Origin: Hyaloraphidium curvatum SAG 235-1
Lineage: Eukaryota > Fungi > Monoblepharomycota
Assembly (NCBI GenBank): GCA_025558095.1
Contig: JAIVFI010000014.1
Span: 186,001-250,000, forward strand
DNA length: 64,000 nt
Reading direction: 5' to 3'
Part shown: in pieces, positions 11,743-20,513 of the stretch
Position numbering within the stretch: position 1 is the first letter of the stretch
Layout: each line of letters starts with the position of its first letter
The notes under the pieces: generated by a model
What the model saw: only the letters and a program-made list of their open reading frames with translations
Databases searched by the model: none
Told to the model about the DNA's origin: nothing
Position numbers and translations under genes: made by a program

Positions 11743-12218
11743 TGCGAAGGTACAGGACGTCTGACATTCGGACAAGGGTATTTTCATTTTCGGTTCGGAG
11801 GCGTGGAGGCGTCGGTCCTCGCGATCGACTCGTGATCGACTCGCGATCGACTCGCGAGTGACTCGCGAGTCACTCGCGAGCGACTCGCGAGCGACTCGCA
11901 AGTGACTCGGCACAGCCACCCTCCTGGGATATATAAAGAGCGGGACATGTAACAGTACAATCTTGATCGCCAGTTGACTCTACGTGCTCTCCGTGTCGTT
12001 CGACCACCGTGCGGAACCCCGCCCGGCCGGATCCTCGTTCTGAGAGCCCTTGGGACGCACCCCGGGAGACATCCCGTAACCTCTTTCCCCCGGCTACAGT
12101 CAAGTATCTTCAGCGCTGTTCGCTTATTCATATTCAGGGCCTATCCGACCCGAAGAGCCGAGCGGGATTCGCGCGCCGGGTTAGAGCTTCAGGCCCGGTT
12201 CCGACCCGGACCGTCGCA
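11743..12218 (+). repeat. 5' LTR (476 bp)
   Basis: Direct repeat of 21922-22386 with TG...CA ends and 5-bp terminal inverted repeats; carries one extra 11-bp unit. Confidence 0.97.
11816..11937 (+). promoter_or_regulatory. LTR U3 array of 11-bp (G/C)ACTCGCGA(G/T)(T/C) units followed by TATATAAA
   Basis: About 8 units plus a partial (11816-11910), containing a perfect 30-bp palindrome at 11851-11880. TATA at 11930-11937. Confidence 0.75.
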
Positions 12219-12219
12219 C

Positions 12220-12230
12220 TGGTCCGACCT
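12220..12230 (+). other. Primer-binding site, tRNA-Tyr-like
   Basis: TGGTCCGACCT, 1 nt after the LTR, is complementary to ...AGGUCGGA-CCA. That implies C1:G72 and A73, the eukaryotic tRNA-Tyr identity elements. Confidence 0.65.
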
Positions 12231-12385
12231 CCGTGATCCTGCTCTCGGGTCTTCGACACCTCGTTCGACTTCAGTTTCGACTTCGATAATCCAAAAACAA
12301 CTTCGCCTGGCACCGGCGCTTGTCGACTGCCACTCTTTTCTGTCAACCGTATTCCGTCAACCAAGTTCATTCCCCTTCGCCAAAC

Positions 12386-14041
12386 ATGGACCCCGTTCAA
12401 GAAGCCGCCCCTCAGCAGGAGGTTCAGCAGCCTCAGGAAGCTAACGATTTGCAGAACAACCCGCAGGCCCAGGCGATTATCCAAGCTGCGCAGGCCGCGA
12501 TCCAGCAAGTCGGCGCCGCCGCCAACGACGTCGCCCAACTCGCCGCCCAGCAAGCCGCCCAGCAAGCCGTCGCCGATCAGCTTGCCGCTCAGCTCGTGGC
12601 GCAACAGACCGCTCAGCAGTTGCCAGCTGCCCAAGTTCAACAGCAAGCCGCCGCCGAGCAGCTTGCAGCGCAGCAGCTCCAGCAGCTCGCCGCACAGCAG
12701 CAGGGTCAGCGGAGCGAGCAAGCCCCGGCTGTCAACGCTGCCGCCGCTGGTCTCCAGCCGCAGCAGTTCGTCGACGCCGTACGGGCCATCGTTGGCGCTC
12801 AGCCGCCGAACGATGGAAGCACCGGCCTCCCCCAGGCGGATCGCCAGGGCGGAGCCGCCAAGCTCCCGGCTCAGCTGCTGCCTGCTTCTGTTCAGCCCTT
12901 CGATCCCGCTACGCAGGACCCGGAAGACTTCTTCCGCGACCTCACTACGGTTCTCACGGCGTTCGGCTCCATCAACAACCTCGTCAAGGTCTTCCCGGTC
13001 TTCCTTGGGCCTCTGCCGCGCGCAATGTGGCACAACATCACGCCGCAGAACCGCCCTCCGGACTATCCCGCGACGGCCACCTATCCTCCGGTGACCCAGA
13101 ACGATGTGCTTGCCTGGCTACGCTACCACTTCGAGCCCCGCGACGCATCGATGCATTATCGCCGGCACTACAACACGATTCAGATGACCAACGATGAGAC
13201 CCTCGACGCCTTCGTTGCCCGCGTATCCCTGGCCGAGACGCGTTTCCTCTCGCACTGCGGCGATCAGCTTCCTACCAGGGAAGTGCAAGACAGCGTGTAC
13301 GGCCAGAACCTGCTCTACGGACTGCGCCCGGAGCTACGCGGGAAGGCGCTGGAGCTCCTCGGGGATCACCTCATCAACCGCACTTCCGTCACCAAGGTCA
13401 TCGAGAAGATGCGCACCGTCATGCAAGCATCGGGCCCTGCGCAGCCGCGCGACATCCGTTTCCTGGGCCAGAACTCGATTTCGGAGATTCCGGCTCTGGT
13501 CGGCCAGCACTCGTCTTCGGGCTCCTCCAAGGCGACCGACAAGGCGACGACGGAAGTGCTGCTGGCTCATACGCAGGCTCTCACAAAGCTGCTGGAGCCT
13601 AAGGGAGAGCGCAGGCCCACCGGTGGACCGCCGGGGGAGTCTGCGTTCCGGCCTCCGCGCCGTTTCGTCCCCTTCCAGTCTCGTCGGAGCCAGCCGTTGC
13701 CGCCTTCGGGGCCGAACAGCGACCTCGTCGAGATCAAGGAGCTCATCACCAAGCTGCTGCCGTCGCCTCGCCATCAGGTTCAGGCCGCGGAGACCAGGTC
13801 GAACCCCCCCGCGAGGCCTCCTCCGATCGATCGGCCCCGCCAGCAGCAGGAGCGCCAGGATCGCCGGCCCTTCACCTCGGAGTACCGCGACCAGAAGCGC
13901 TTCCAGCCTCGCCACTGCCATCTCTGTGGCATGGATGGGCATGCTCAGGACGAGTGCTGGGAGTTGGAGAAGAATGCCAACCGCCGCCCACTCAACTGGA
14001 AGTCTCGCCTCGGCAACACCCCTTCGATGCCAAAAAACTAG
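12386..14041 (+). CDS. gag: Gag (Q/A-rich N-terminus, retrotransposon capsid, CCHC knuckle)
   Basis: IQMTNDETLDAFVARV (MHR-like), LLYGLRPELR, CHLCGMDGHAQDEC. Confidence 0.93.
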   Translation: MDPVQEAAPQQEVQQPQEANDLQNNPQAQAIIQAAQAAIQQVGAAANDVAQLAAQQAAQQAVADQLAAQLVAQQTAQQLPAAQVQQQAAAEQLAAQQLQQLAAQQQGQRSEQAPAVNAAAAGLQPQQFVDAVRAIVGAQPPNDGSTGLPQADRQGGAAKLPAQLLPASVQPFDPATQDPEDFFRDLTTVLTAFGSINNLVKVFPVFLGPLPRAMWHNITPQNRPPDYPATATYPPVTQNDVLAWLRYHFEPRDASMHYRRHYNTIQMTNDETLDAFVARVSLAETRFLSHCGDQLPTREVQDSVYGQNLLYGLRPELRGKALELLGDHLINRTSVTKVIEKMRTVMQASGPAQPRDIRFLGQNSISEIPALVGQHSSSGSSKATDKATTEVLLAHTQALTKLLEPKGERRPTGGPPGESAFRPPRRFVPFQSRRSQPLPPSGPNSDLVEIKELITKLLPSPRHQVQAAETRSNPPARPPPIDRPRQQQERQDRRPFTSEYRDQKRFQPRHCHLCGMDGHAQDECWELEKNANRRPLNWKSRLGNTPSMPKN

Positions 14042-14080
14042 CTTTGCCCTCAGTGCCGCACGGCCATAGGGGGGCAGAGA
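14032..14080 (+). other. -1 ribosomal frameshift signal (A AAA AAC plus downstream stem-loop)
   Basis: Heptamer 14032-14038 sits immediately before the gag TAG; the -1 frame is pol (KKLALPS). CTTTGCCCTC can pair with GGGGGCAGAG. Confidence 0.85.
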
Positions 14081-17000
14081 TCCAAGCTCTTGAACCACAT
14101 GTGGAACCTCTTCCTGGAACTTCCCCGCTGCCGGACGGCACGGACCCTTCATCTCCTGGCGGATCGCCGGAGTTGTCGGATTCCGCGACCGATGAACCGA
14201 CGGCGGAGGACCACGTTCATCATTGGCCCTTCGGGGGCACGGAGTACATCCTCTTCCTCGAGGCGGAGGCAGCTCGACAGGCCGCCGTTCGTCAGCAGCG
14301 GGAGGCGCTCATGCCGATCGACGAGACCCTGGCCCCGCCGCCGGCAGCGGATTCGGCGTCGCCCGGCTCGGTCGAGGTCGTGGGAAACGGTGAACCGGCG
14401 GCACAGGATGCGGACGCGGGATCAGCGGATGCACCTATGCACGAGGGCCCGACCGTCCGCGCCGTTCCCGGACCTTTCGAAAGGCCCCCTCCTCCTTCCG
14501 CCTACGCACGACCACCGCTGCCTGGCCCTCGGCCTCGCCCGCGGCCACCTGCTCCGGTCGCCCCTCCGCCGGATCGCTGGACGTGGACTTCGCAAGTGCA
14601 GTTCCACTATCAGGCGGCACGCGTTTCGGCATGGGTCAACGGCGTGAATACCCCCGCGGCCCTCGTCGACTCCGGTGCCTCAGTGGTGGCGGTTCGGTCG
14701 TCCTTCTTCTGCCGGATCCACCCGTCGCCACCGATCAAACCATGGACACTCGGCACCCTCAGCACGGCCGCGGCCGGCGGAACCATGTGGGTCCGCGGAG
14801 TTGCTAAGATGGACATCCTGGTCGGGAATCAACACTGCGTCATGGACGTCGCCATCATGGACGGTCTCATGGACGACGTGATCCTCGGCACCCCTTGGCT
14901 CTCCGCCCTACGCGTTCAGATGGACTGGGAGACGCCGGTCCTCTATTTCAAGGACGATCCGGAGGGGGTCGTCGTGCCAATGCACATTGTTGCGCGACCG
15001 CTCTTCGGATCACACCTGGTCGCCCCGCTCCATTCAACCACCTCCATCACGGTCTACCCCAACGAGGACGTCTCGATCACCGCTGAGCTGGCCCCGACGA
15101 CTCCCTTGGCGACCGTCGTGGAGATGGACTTGACAGGGGTCATCGAGACGCCGAACACTTCGCCGTTCGATCGCCTCTTCATCATCCCGTCGGCGACGCC
15201 CGACAGAGACGGTCGGCTGCCGATTCTCATCCGCAACTACGGGACGACACCGGTCACGATCGGCCCGGGCACCCACCTCGGCCGCTTCCGCGTGCGGATT
15301 CCTGGATTTCTCGCTCCGGAACCGCCCACGTATCTGGCTCCCGCGCAGATCTCGATGCTGGAGCCCGAGCTGCCCCACACCGAACCGGCCGAATCCACGC
15401 TCACGGTCGAGGAGACCATCGATCTGTTCGCGGTGCCCTCGCCGGGATCGATTGGACCACCTCAGCCTCCCGGCGTGGAGCCTCCTCCGGTCGAGGCTAT
15501 CGAGCTCAAGATGGACCAAACGATCCTGAGCGAGGGGGACAAACCTCGTTTCCATAAGCTCTGCGACCGCTACCGGGACGTGTTTGGTCCTTGGATCGGC
15601 AAGCTGCGCAACCATCGCTTCCGGATCGACACGGGCGACCTCAAGCCGATCCACCAGATGCCGTACCGGACCCCGTTCCGGCTTCGCGGGGAAATGGACA
15701 AGATCATCGACGACCTGCTCGTGCAGGGCGTAGTCGTCCCCTCGCGAAGCCCCTGGGCCACGCCCTGCATCATGGTGCCAAAAGGGCACGGCTCGGGCGA
15801 ATGGCGCCTGGTGATCGATTACCGGAAGCTCAACGCCGCCACCAAGCGCGACGTCTACCCGATGAAGAACCCAAGCGACACTCTCGCTCTCCTCAGCGCG
15901 GCCAAGGTGTGGAGCGTTTGCGACATCCGCTCCGGCTTTTGGCACGTGGAGGTGGCCGACGAGGACAAGGAAAAGACGGCCTTCACGACGCACCGCGGTC
16001 TCTACCAGTGGGAGCGGATGGCCATGGGCTTTACCAACGCTCCTGCAACCTTTGCTCGGATCATGGACGAGCTCCTCGCCGGCCTCCAGTGGTACTGCTT
16101 GGTGGTCTTCATCGACGACATCATTATCTTCTCGCAGACGGTCGACGAGCACCTCGTGCACCTGGAGCTCCTCTTTGACCGACTGCGCGAGGCCGGGATG
16201 ACTCTGAAGCTGGCCAAATGCAAGTTCTTCCGCCGCGAGGTCAAATACCTCGGGCATTACGTCACCGCCGACGGCCTCAAGGTCGACCCCGAGAAGACCC
16301 GCGCGGTGGACCAGTTCCCCCGCCCAACGACCAAGAAGGAGCTCCAATCGTTTCTCGGCCTCTCCAACTACTATCGCCCCTTCATTGCCGGCTACGCCAA
16401 CATTGCCAGCCCGCTCACCCGCCTGACGCAGGACGGCGTCTCGGTCTCTCGGGCCTGGGACGACGCATGCGAGGCCGCCTTCCGTATGCTAAAGGAACGG
16501 CTTACGTCGGCGCCCGTGCTCCGTCGCCCCGACTTTTCCAAGCGCTTCGTCTTGTTCACGGATGCCAGCGATATCGGCCTCGGCGCGGTGCTCAGCCAGC
16601 GGGACTCCGATGGCAAGGAGTACGTCATCGCCTACGCCAGCCGCGCTCTGCAGCCGAACGAGCGCAAGTGGGACACTCGGGAGCGCGAAGCCCTGGCCGT
16701 TGTTTGGGCATGCGAGCATTTCCGGGCGTATTTGATCGGGGACGAGTTTGAGGTGGTCACCGACCATAGCGCCCTCAAATGGCTCTTGGAGACCTCCAAG
16801 CCGGGCCGCCTACAGCGCTGGATCCTCCGGCTCTCGGACTTCAGGTTCCAGATCATCCATCGCTCGGGCAAAGCGAACTCCAACGCCGACTTCCTGTCTC
16901 GTCAGCTCGTGGCGCCGTCGCCCGACGAGGACGTGCCTATGGGCGACCCCGAGGAAATCTTGGACATCCCTGCCTTTTGGCCCCCAAACCCTCCCGACCC

Positions 17001-19089
17001 CTTGCCTTTTTCTTCTTTTTCTGGGGGGGGACGGGCGCCCGGATTCCTCTCCGGGAGTGATCTCGGTCAGACTTCCCGTTCTTCGTCAACCCCAGTCACC
17101 GAGTCAGACTCGGGACGAGCTACTGCGGGTTCCTCAGTCAATTGTGAATCAATGGAGCGAGTGCTGTCTGGCACGGAGTTCCCGGCCACGGTTGCCGCAG
17201 TGGAGGGAACCCTGTGGAGCGATCCGGGGACCCTGCCCGAGGCTGCGGCACCGGAGACGCAGATCCTCCTGCCGATCCCAACGACGAACGCACAGGTCGA
17301 CCCGGCAGACGTGCCTGAGCGAGACCTGGCGTTCCTTCATCCGGCACTGCTTGAGGTGCTACCCGATGTCGGGGGCATCAGTGCTATTGACCTTGCCGAC
17401 GTCAGATCCCGGGATGCCCTGCGCAAAGTGCAAGAAGCCGACGTCGAGACCAGCGCGCTGATCCGCTTCGTGCGAGACGGGGAGCTCCCTCCCAACGTGA
17501 ATCTGGCCAAATTCTGCAAGAAGTACGGCGAGCAGTACTTCCTCGCTACGGACGGCGTGCTCTGCCGGCGCGATGTACTCGCGACTGGTACCCGTCGTAT
17601 CCCGGTCACCCAGCTCGTGATACCGCACGAGCTGAGGGAGGCCTACCTGCAACGTGCGCACGACGATCCCCTGAGCGGGCACGTCGGGCGACACCGGGCG
17701 TACAGCAATCTGCGGCGCCGCGTATATTGGGTCGGCATGGCGCACGACGTTCGCCGCTGGACGCGAGCCTGCCTTACATGCATGACCCGGAAGATGCCTT
17801 CGGTATCGAACCAGGGCTTACTGAAATCGGTTCCTCTCACTGGTCCCAACGAGGACATCTACATCGACTACATCGGCGAGATCAATCCGGCCACGCCCCG
17901 CGGCAACAAGTACCTTCTCGTCGTCTACGATCCGTTCACTAAATGGGTCGCGGCGTATCCGACTCCGGACCTCTCTGGGCCGACGACGGCGAAGCTGCTC
18001 TATACGCGATGGATTCTCGAGCACGGTCTTCCGAAGCGGATTCACCACGACAACGCCTCGAACCTGGACAACCATTACATGGAGTACCTGCTCAAGCTAC
18101 TCGGCATCAACCGGGGCCTGGTCACGGTTGGGCATCCCAGGGCTTCCCTCGCGGAGCGCCCGAACCGGTGGATCATCGACGCCCTGAGCGCAGCGGTCTC
18201 CAAGAACTACCAGACATGGGACGAGGACATCGTGGGGGTCATCTTTGCCTTCCGGACCTCCATCCACGCGACGACCGGCGAAACTCCGTTCTTTCTGATG
18301 CATGGTCGGGATGCTCGTATTCCGCTCGACCTACTTTACGACGAGACCGAGATTCGCGAGCCAGTGCACCTGCGGGCCAGCGACGAGGAGGACAAGAAGA
18401 CAGAGGATGAGCGCCGGCGGACCTACGTCGTGGAGCTCGTGGCGCAGCTTCGTGCGGCCTACGACCTGGTGGCCGAGAAGATGGCCGCAGCGGCGGAGAC
18501 TCGGAACGCCAAGGCCAACGCTACCCGGCTTCCGATTACCTTCCGCCCCGGCGACCTCGTGCTCATCTGGGGACCAGAACGACCGCGCAAGGGCGAGCCG
18601 GGCAAGTTCGTCTCTCGTTATCTTGGGCCCTACCGCATCGAGGAGTCAGGCCACACCGAGCTCACCTGGAAGTGTAGACACGTCTACGAGACCGACCACG
18701 TCACCACTGTGCATGTGGACCGGCTGGCGCGCTACAAGCCTTGGGAGTCGGCCACCTTCAACGCGCGCTCGTGGAACGCACGCGCCCCGGAGCTCGCCGC
18801 CGGTGAAGAGCTCGATCTCTCGGAACCGGTGAACGAGTTCGAAGAGGAAATCGAGGTCGAGAACGCGCTTGGGAACGAGCAGGAGTACACCGTCGAGGAC
18901 ATCGTCGGCCACGAGGGCCAGGGTCACGGACTCAAGTTCGAGGTCAAGTGGCGGGGCTTCGCTCGCACGACCAAGCTCCCTCTGGACATGTTGCACGGCG
19001 CCATAGGGATCGTCCGCGCCTATGCCGATCGCGTTGGTCTCCAGCTCCCGACGGGTCTCCCCAGGCGCATGCGGACTCGGCGTCGCTAG
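14038..19089 (+). CDS. pol: Pol polyprotein: protease, dUTPase-like spacer, RT, RNase H, integrase, GPY/F, chromodomain
   Basis: ALVDSGAS; VFIDDII; FTDASDIGLGAVL/REALAV/TDH; H...H...CLTC; IDYIG/HHDN/AERPNR; LGPYRI; YTVEDIVGH...FEVKWRGF. No internal stops. Confidence 0.97.
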   Translation, partial: LALPSVPHGHRGAEIQALEPHVEPLPGTSPLPDGTDPSSPGGSPELSDSATDEPTAEDHVHHWPFGGTEYILFLEAEAARQAAVRQQREALMPIDETLAPPPAADSASPGSVEVVGNGEPAAQDADAGSADAPMHEGPTVRAVPGPFERPPPPSAYARPPLPGPRPRPRPPAPVAPPPDRWTWTSQVQFHYQAARVSAWVNGVNTPAALVDSGASVVAVRSSFFCRIHPSPPIKPWTLGTLSTAAAGGTMWVRGVAKMDILVGNQHCVMDVAIMDGLMDDVILGTPWLSALRVQMDWETPVLYFKDDPEGVVVPMHIVARPLFGSHLVAPLHSTTSITVYPNEDVSITAELAPTTPLATVVEMDLTGVIETPNTSPFDRLFIIPSATPDRDGRLPILIRNYGTTPVTIGPGTHLGRFRVRIPGFLAPEPPTYLAPAQISMLEPELPHTEPAESTLTVEETIDLFAVPSPGSIGPPQPPGVEPPPVEAIELKMDQTILSEGDKPRFHKLCDRYRDVFGPWIGKLRNHRFRIDTGDLKPIHQMPYRTPFRLRGEMDKIIDDLLVQGVVVPSRSPWATPCIMVPKGHGSGEWRLVIDYRKLNAATKRDVYPMKNPSDTLALLSAAKVWSVCDIRSGFWHVEVADEDKEKTAFTTHRGLYQWERMAMGFTNAPATFARIMDELLAGLQWYCLVVFIDDIIIFSQTVDEHLVHLELLFDRLREAGMTLKLAKCKFFRREVKYLGHYVTADGLKVDPEKTRAVDQFPRPTTKKELQSFLGLSNYYRPFIAGYANIASPLTRLTQDGVSVSRAWDDACEAAFRMLKERLTSAPVLRRPDFSKRFVLFTDASDIGLGAVLSQRDSDGKEYVIAYASRALQPNERKWDTREREALAVVWACEHFRAYLIGDEFEVVTDHSALKWLLETSKPGRLQRWILRLSDFRFQIIHRSGKANSNADFLSRQLVAPSPDEDVPMGDPEEILDIPAFWPPNPPDPLPFSSFSGGGRAPGFLSGSDLGQTSRSSSTPVTESDSGRATAGSSVNCESMERVLSGTEFPATVAAVEGTLWSDPGTLPEAAAPETQILLPIPTTNAQVDPADVPERDLAFLHPALLEVLPDVGGISAIDLADVRSRDALRKVQEADVETSALIRFVRDGELPPNVNLAKFCKKYGEQYFLATDGVLCRRDVLATGTRRIPVTQLVIPHELREAYLQRAHDDPLSGHVGRHRAYSNLRRRVYWVGMAHDVRRWTRACLTCMTRKMPSVSNQGLLKSVPLTGPNEDIYIDYIGEINPATPRGNKYLLVVYDPFTKWVAAYPTPDLSGPTTAKLLYTRWILEHGLPKRIHHDNASNLDNHYMEYLLKLLGINRGLVTVGHPRASLAERPNRWIIDALSAAVSKNYQTWDEDIVGVIFAFRTSIHATTGETPFFLMHGRDARIPLDLLYDETEIREPVHLRASDEEDKKTEDERRRTYVVELVAQLRAAYDLVAEKMAAAAETRNAKANATRLPITFRPGDLVLIWGPERPRKGEPGKFVSRYLGPYRIEESGHTELTWKCRHVYETDHVTTVHVDRLARYKPWESATFNARSWNARAPELAAGEELDLSEPVNEFEEEIEVENALGNEQEYTVEDIVGHEGQGHGLKFEVKWRGFARTTKLPLDMLHGAIGIVRAYADRVGLQLPTGLPRRMRTRRR
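17011..17033 (+). other. Putative central polypurine tract
   Basis: TCTTCTTTTTCT-G8-ACG resembles the 3' PPT context CCTTCTTTTGGGTGGGGGCG and lies ~40 nt from the element midpoint (17064). Confidence 0.55.
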
Positions 19090-19159
19090 TAACACCAACG
19101 ACGTCTATCCGGTCACAGCACTACCATCTCTGTGCTCCGATCCCCGGCTTTTCACTGAC

Positions 19160-20145
19160 TCAAACCCGACGTACTACCTCGAGCCTATCCTCGACCCCCT
19201 CGAACGCCAACTTGTGATACCCGGACTGAAAATGCGTGTTCAGATTGCCCAGGAGGCCCTTAGCCTTGTGCTTTACCAGATGGCACCACGGGAACGAGCA
19301 TACCGCCACTTCGCCCTTGGTGGGGCTCCGGTACAGTTCGCCGGCGTACGTTCCGGCAATCTTCCATCGGAGGAAGGAGCCTGCCGGCACGGCATCAGGG
19401 ACCTTCTTCGTCACCCGTTCCGCCTTCAAGCCCCAGACCGGCGACGACTTCTTCATCTGGCACATTCAGTGACGATCAGCGCTTGTGGGGCGTACTCCCG
19501 TCGAGCCGTTCACCTGCGCAATCTGCTCCCGGGCCTCCCCGCGCTGCACCACATGCCCCTCGTCTTTACCTGAAGTTGCCGTTTGGGCCGTCTGGAAGGC
19601 GCTCCCTTGTTCAGTGGCGGCCTCGAAGTCGCCTAAGTGGTCCAGCTCCCAAGAGGGCGCATGAAGCGTGACTGACAGCACGGGGACTTCGTCGGCCGCC
19701 TCGAGCTCCTCCCTCGAGTCCGCCGCCGACTCGCCCTCGCCGACGGAAGGCGCACCCTTCGACGACATCGCCGGCAGGAAGACGCCGGAGGTCCGGGTTG
19801 CGGCCGCGGCCGCGATCGGGTCGTTGCCTCTGGCCCCGCCAGCCTCGCGCAGCTTGGCGGTCCCGCCGGCCTCGCGCAGCTCGGCGACGAGCCGACGGAG
19901 CACTCGGACCTCGACAACGACGTTCCCAGCCTCTTCGGCCAGCGGCAACATCCCGCGCATGGCGGCCAGACGCACCAGTTGCAGGAAGCAGTCGACCACG
20001 TCGTCCTCCTGGCGCGGCGCTGAGCTCCCGTTCGAGGACCACGCCGCTACGCTCTTACCTTGGTGCACAGCAGGACGTCGAAGGTCGGCAACCGAACCTC
20101 GAACCACGAACTCGGCGGGACGACGTTCGGCAGCTCCGCACTCAT
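19160..20145 (-). CDS. Spliced antisense accessory gene of the retrotransposon, ~292 aa, C-terminal C2H2-like zinc finger
   Basis: Exons 20145-20059, 20008-19514 and 19456-19160 join in phase 0 through introns GTAAGA..CAG (50 nt) and GTGAAC..GCTGAT..CAG (57 nt). Finger: CSFPWC-x14-NTHFQSGYH. Confidence 0.7.
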
Positions 20146-20284
20146 GACAGGCGCGGAGATCCCCCCAGCTCTTCTGGACCCTACGTCGCGATCCCCCGCG
20201 AGCGCTTTCGTCGACGCAATGGCGTACGGCCCTCGCTCGCGCCCCGTCCCCCGTGGCGGGGACTGGTGACCCGGTGTGCGGGCG

Positions 20285-20445
20285 AACTCGCGGTCGACTC
20301 GACTCGCAGTTGACTCGCGGTTGACTCGCGGTTGGCTCGCGGTTGACTCGCAAGTGACTCGCGAGTCACTCGCGAGTCGCTCGCAAGTCACTCGCGAGCG
20401 ACTTGCGATGCACTCGCGAGTTGCCTGCGCTTCGCACCATATAAG
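20285..20445. promoter_or_regulatory. Internal copy of the 11-bp repeat array plus TATAAG; putative bidirectional promoter
   Basis: About 12 units (GACTCGCGGTT, GACTCGCGAGT, CACTCGCGAGT...) at 20285-20421, with palindrome GTGACTCGCGAGTCAC at 20354-20369. TATAAG at 20440-20445, about the same spacing from the array as in the LTR. Confidence 0.7.
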
Positions 20446-20513
20446 CGGCGGACCACAGGAGGCCGCGGCCGCGGACTACGCACCCAACGTCGACCTCGCC
20501 GCTACCGTCTCCC

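Noticed and set aside
12220-12235. Tf1-style self-priming
   Set aside because: No complement of the PBS seen near the presumed transcript start downstream of the LTR TATA; the TGG start fits tRNA CCA.
11784-12444. Short ORFs within the LTRs
   Set aside because: Translations of the repeat array (RESLASRSRVT); no coding signature.
19022-19573. Plus-strand ORF overlapping the pol end as a third gene
   Set aside because: No motif; better explained by the spliced minus-strand gene.
20285-20421. 11-bp arrays as CRISPR
   Set aside because: Contiguous tandem units without unique spacers, no cas genes, eukaryotic context.
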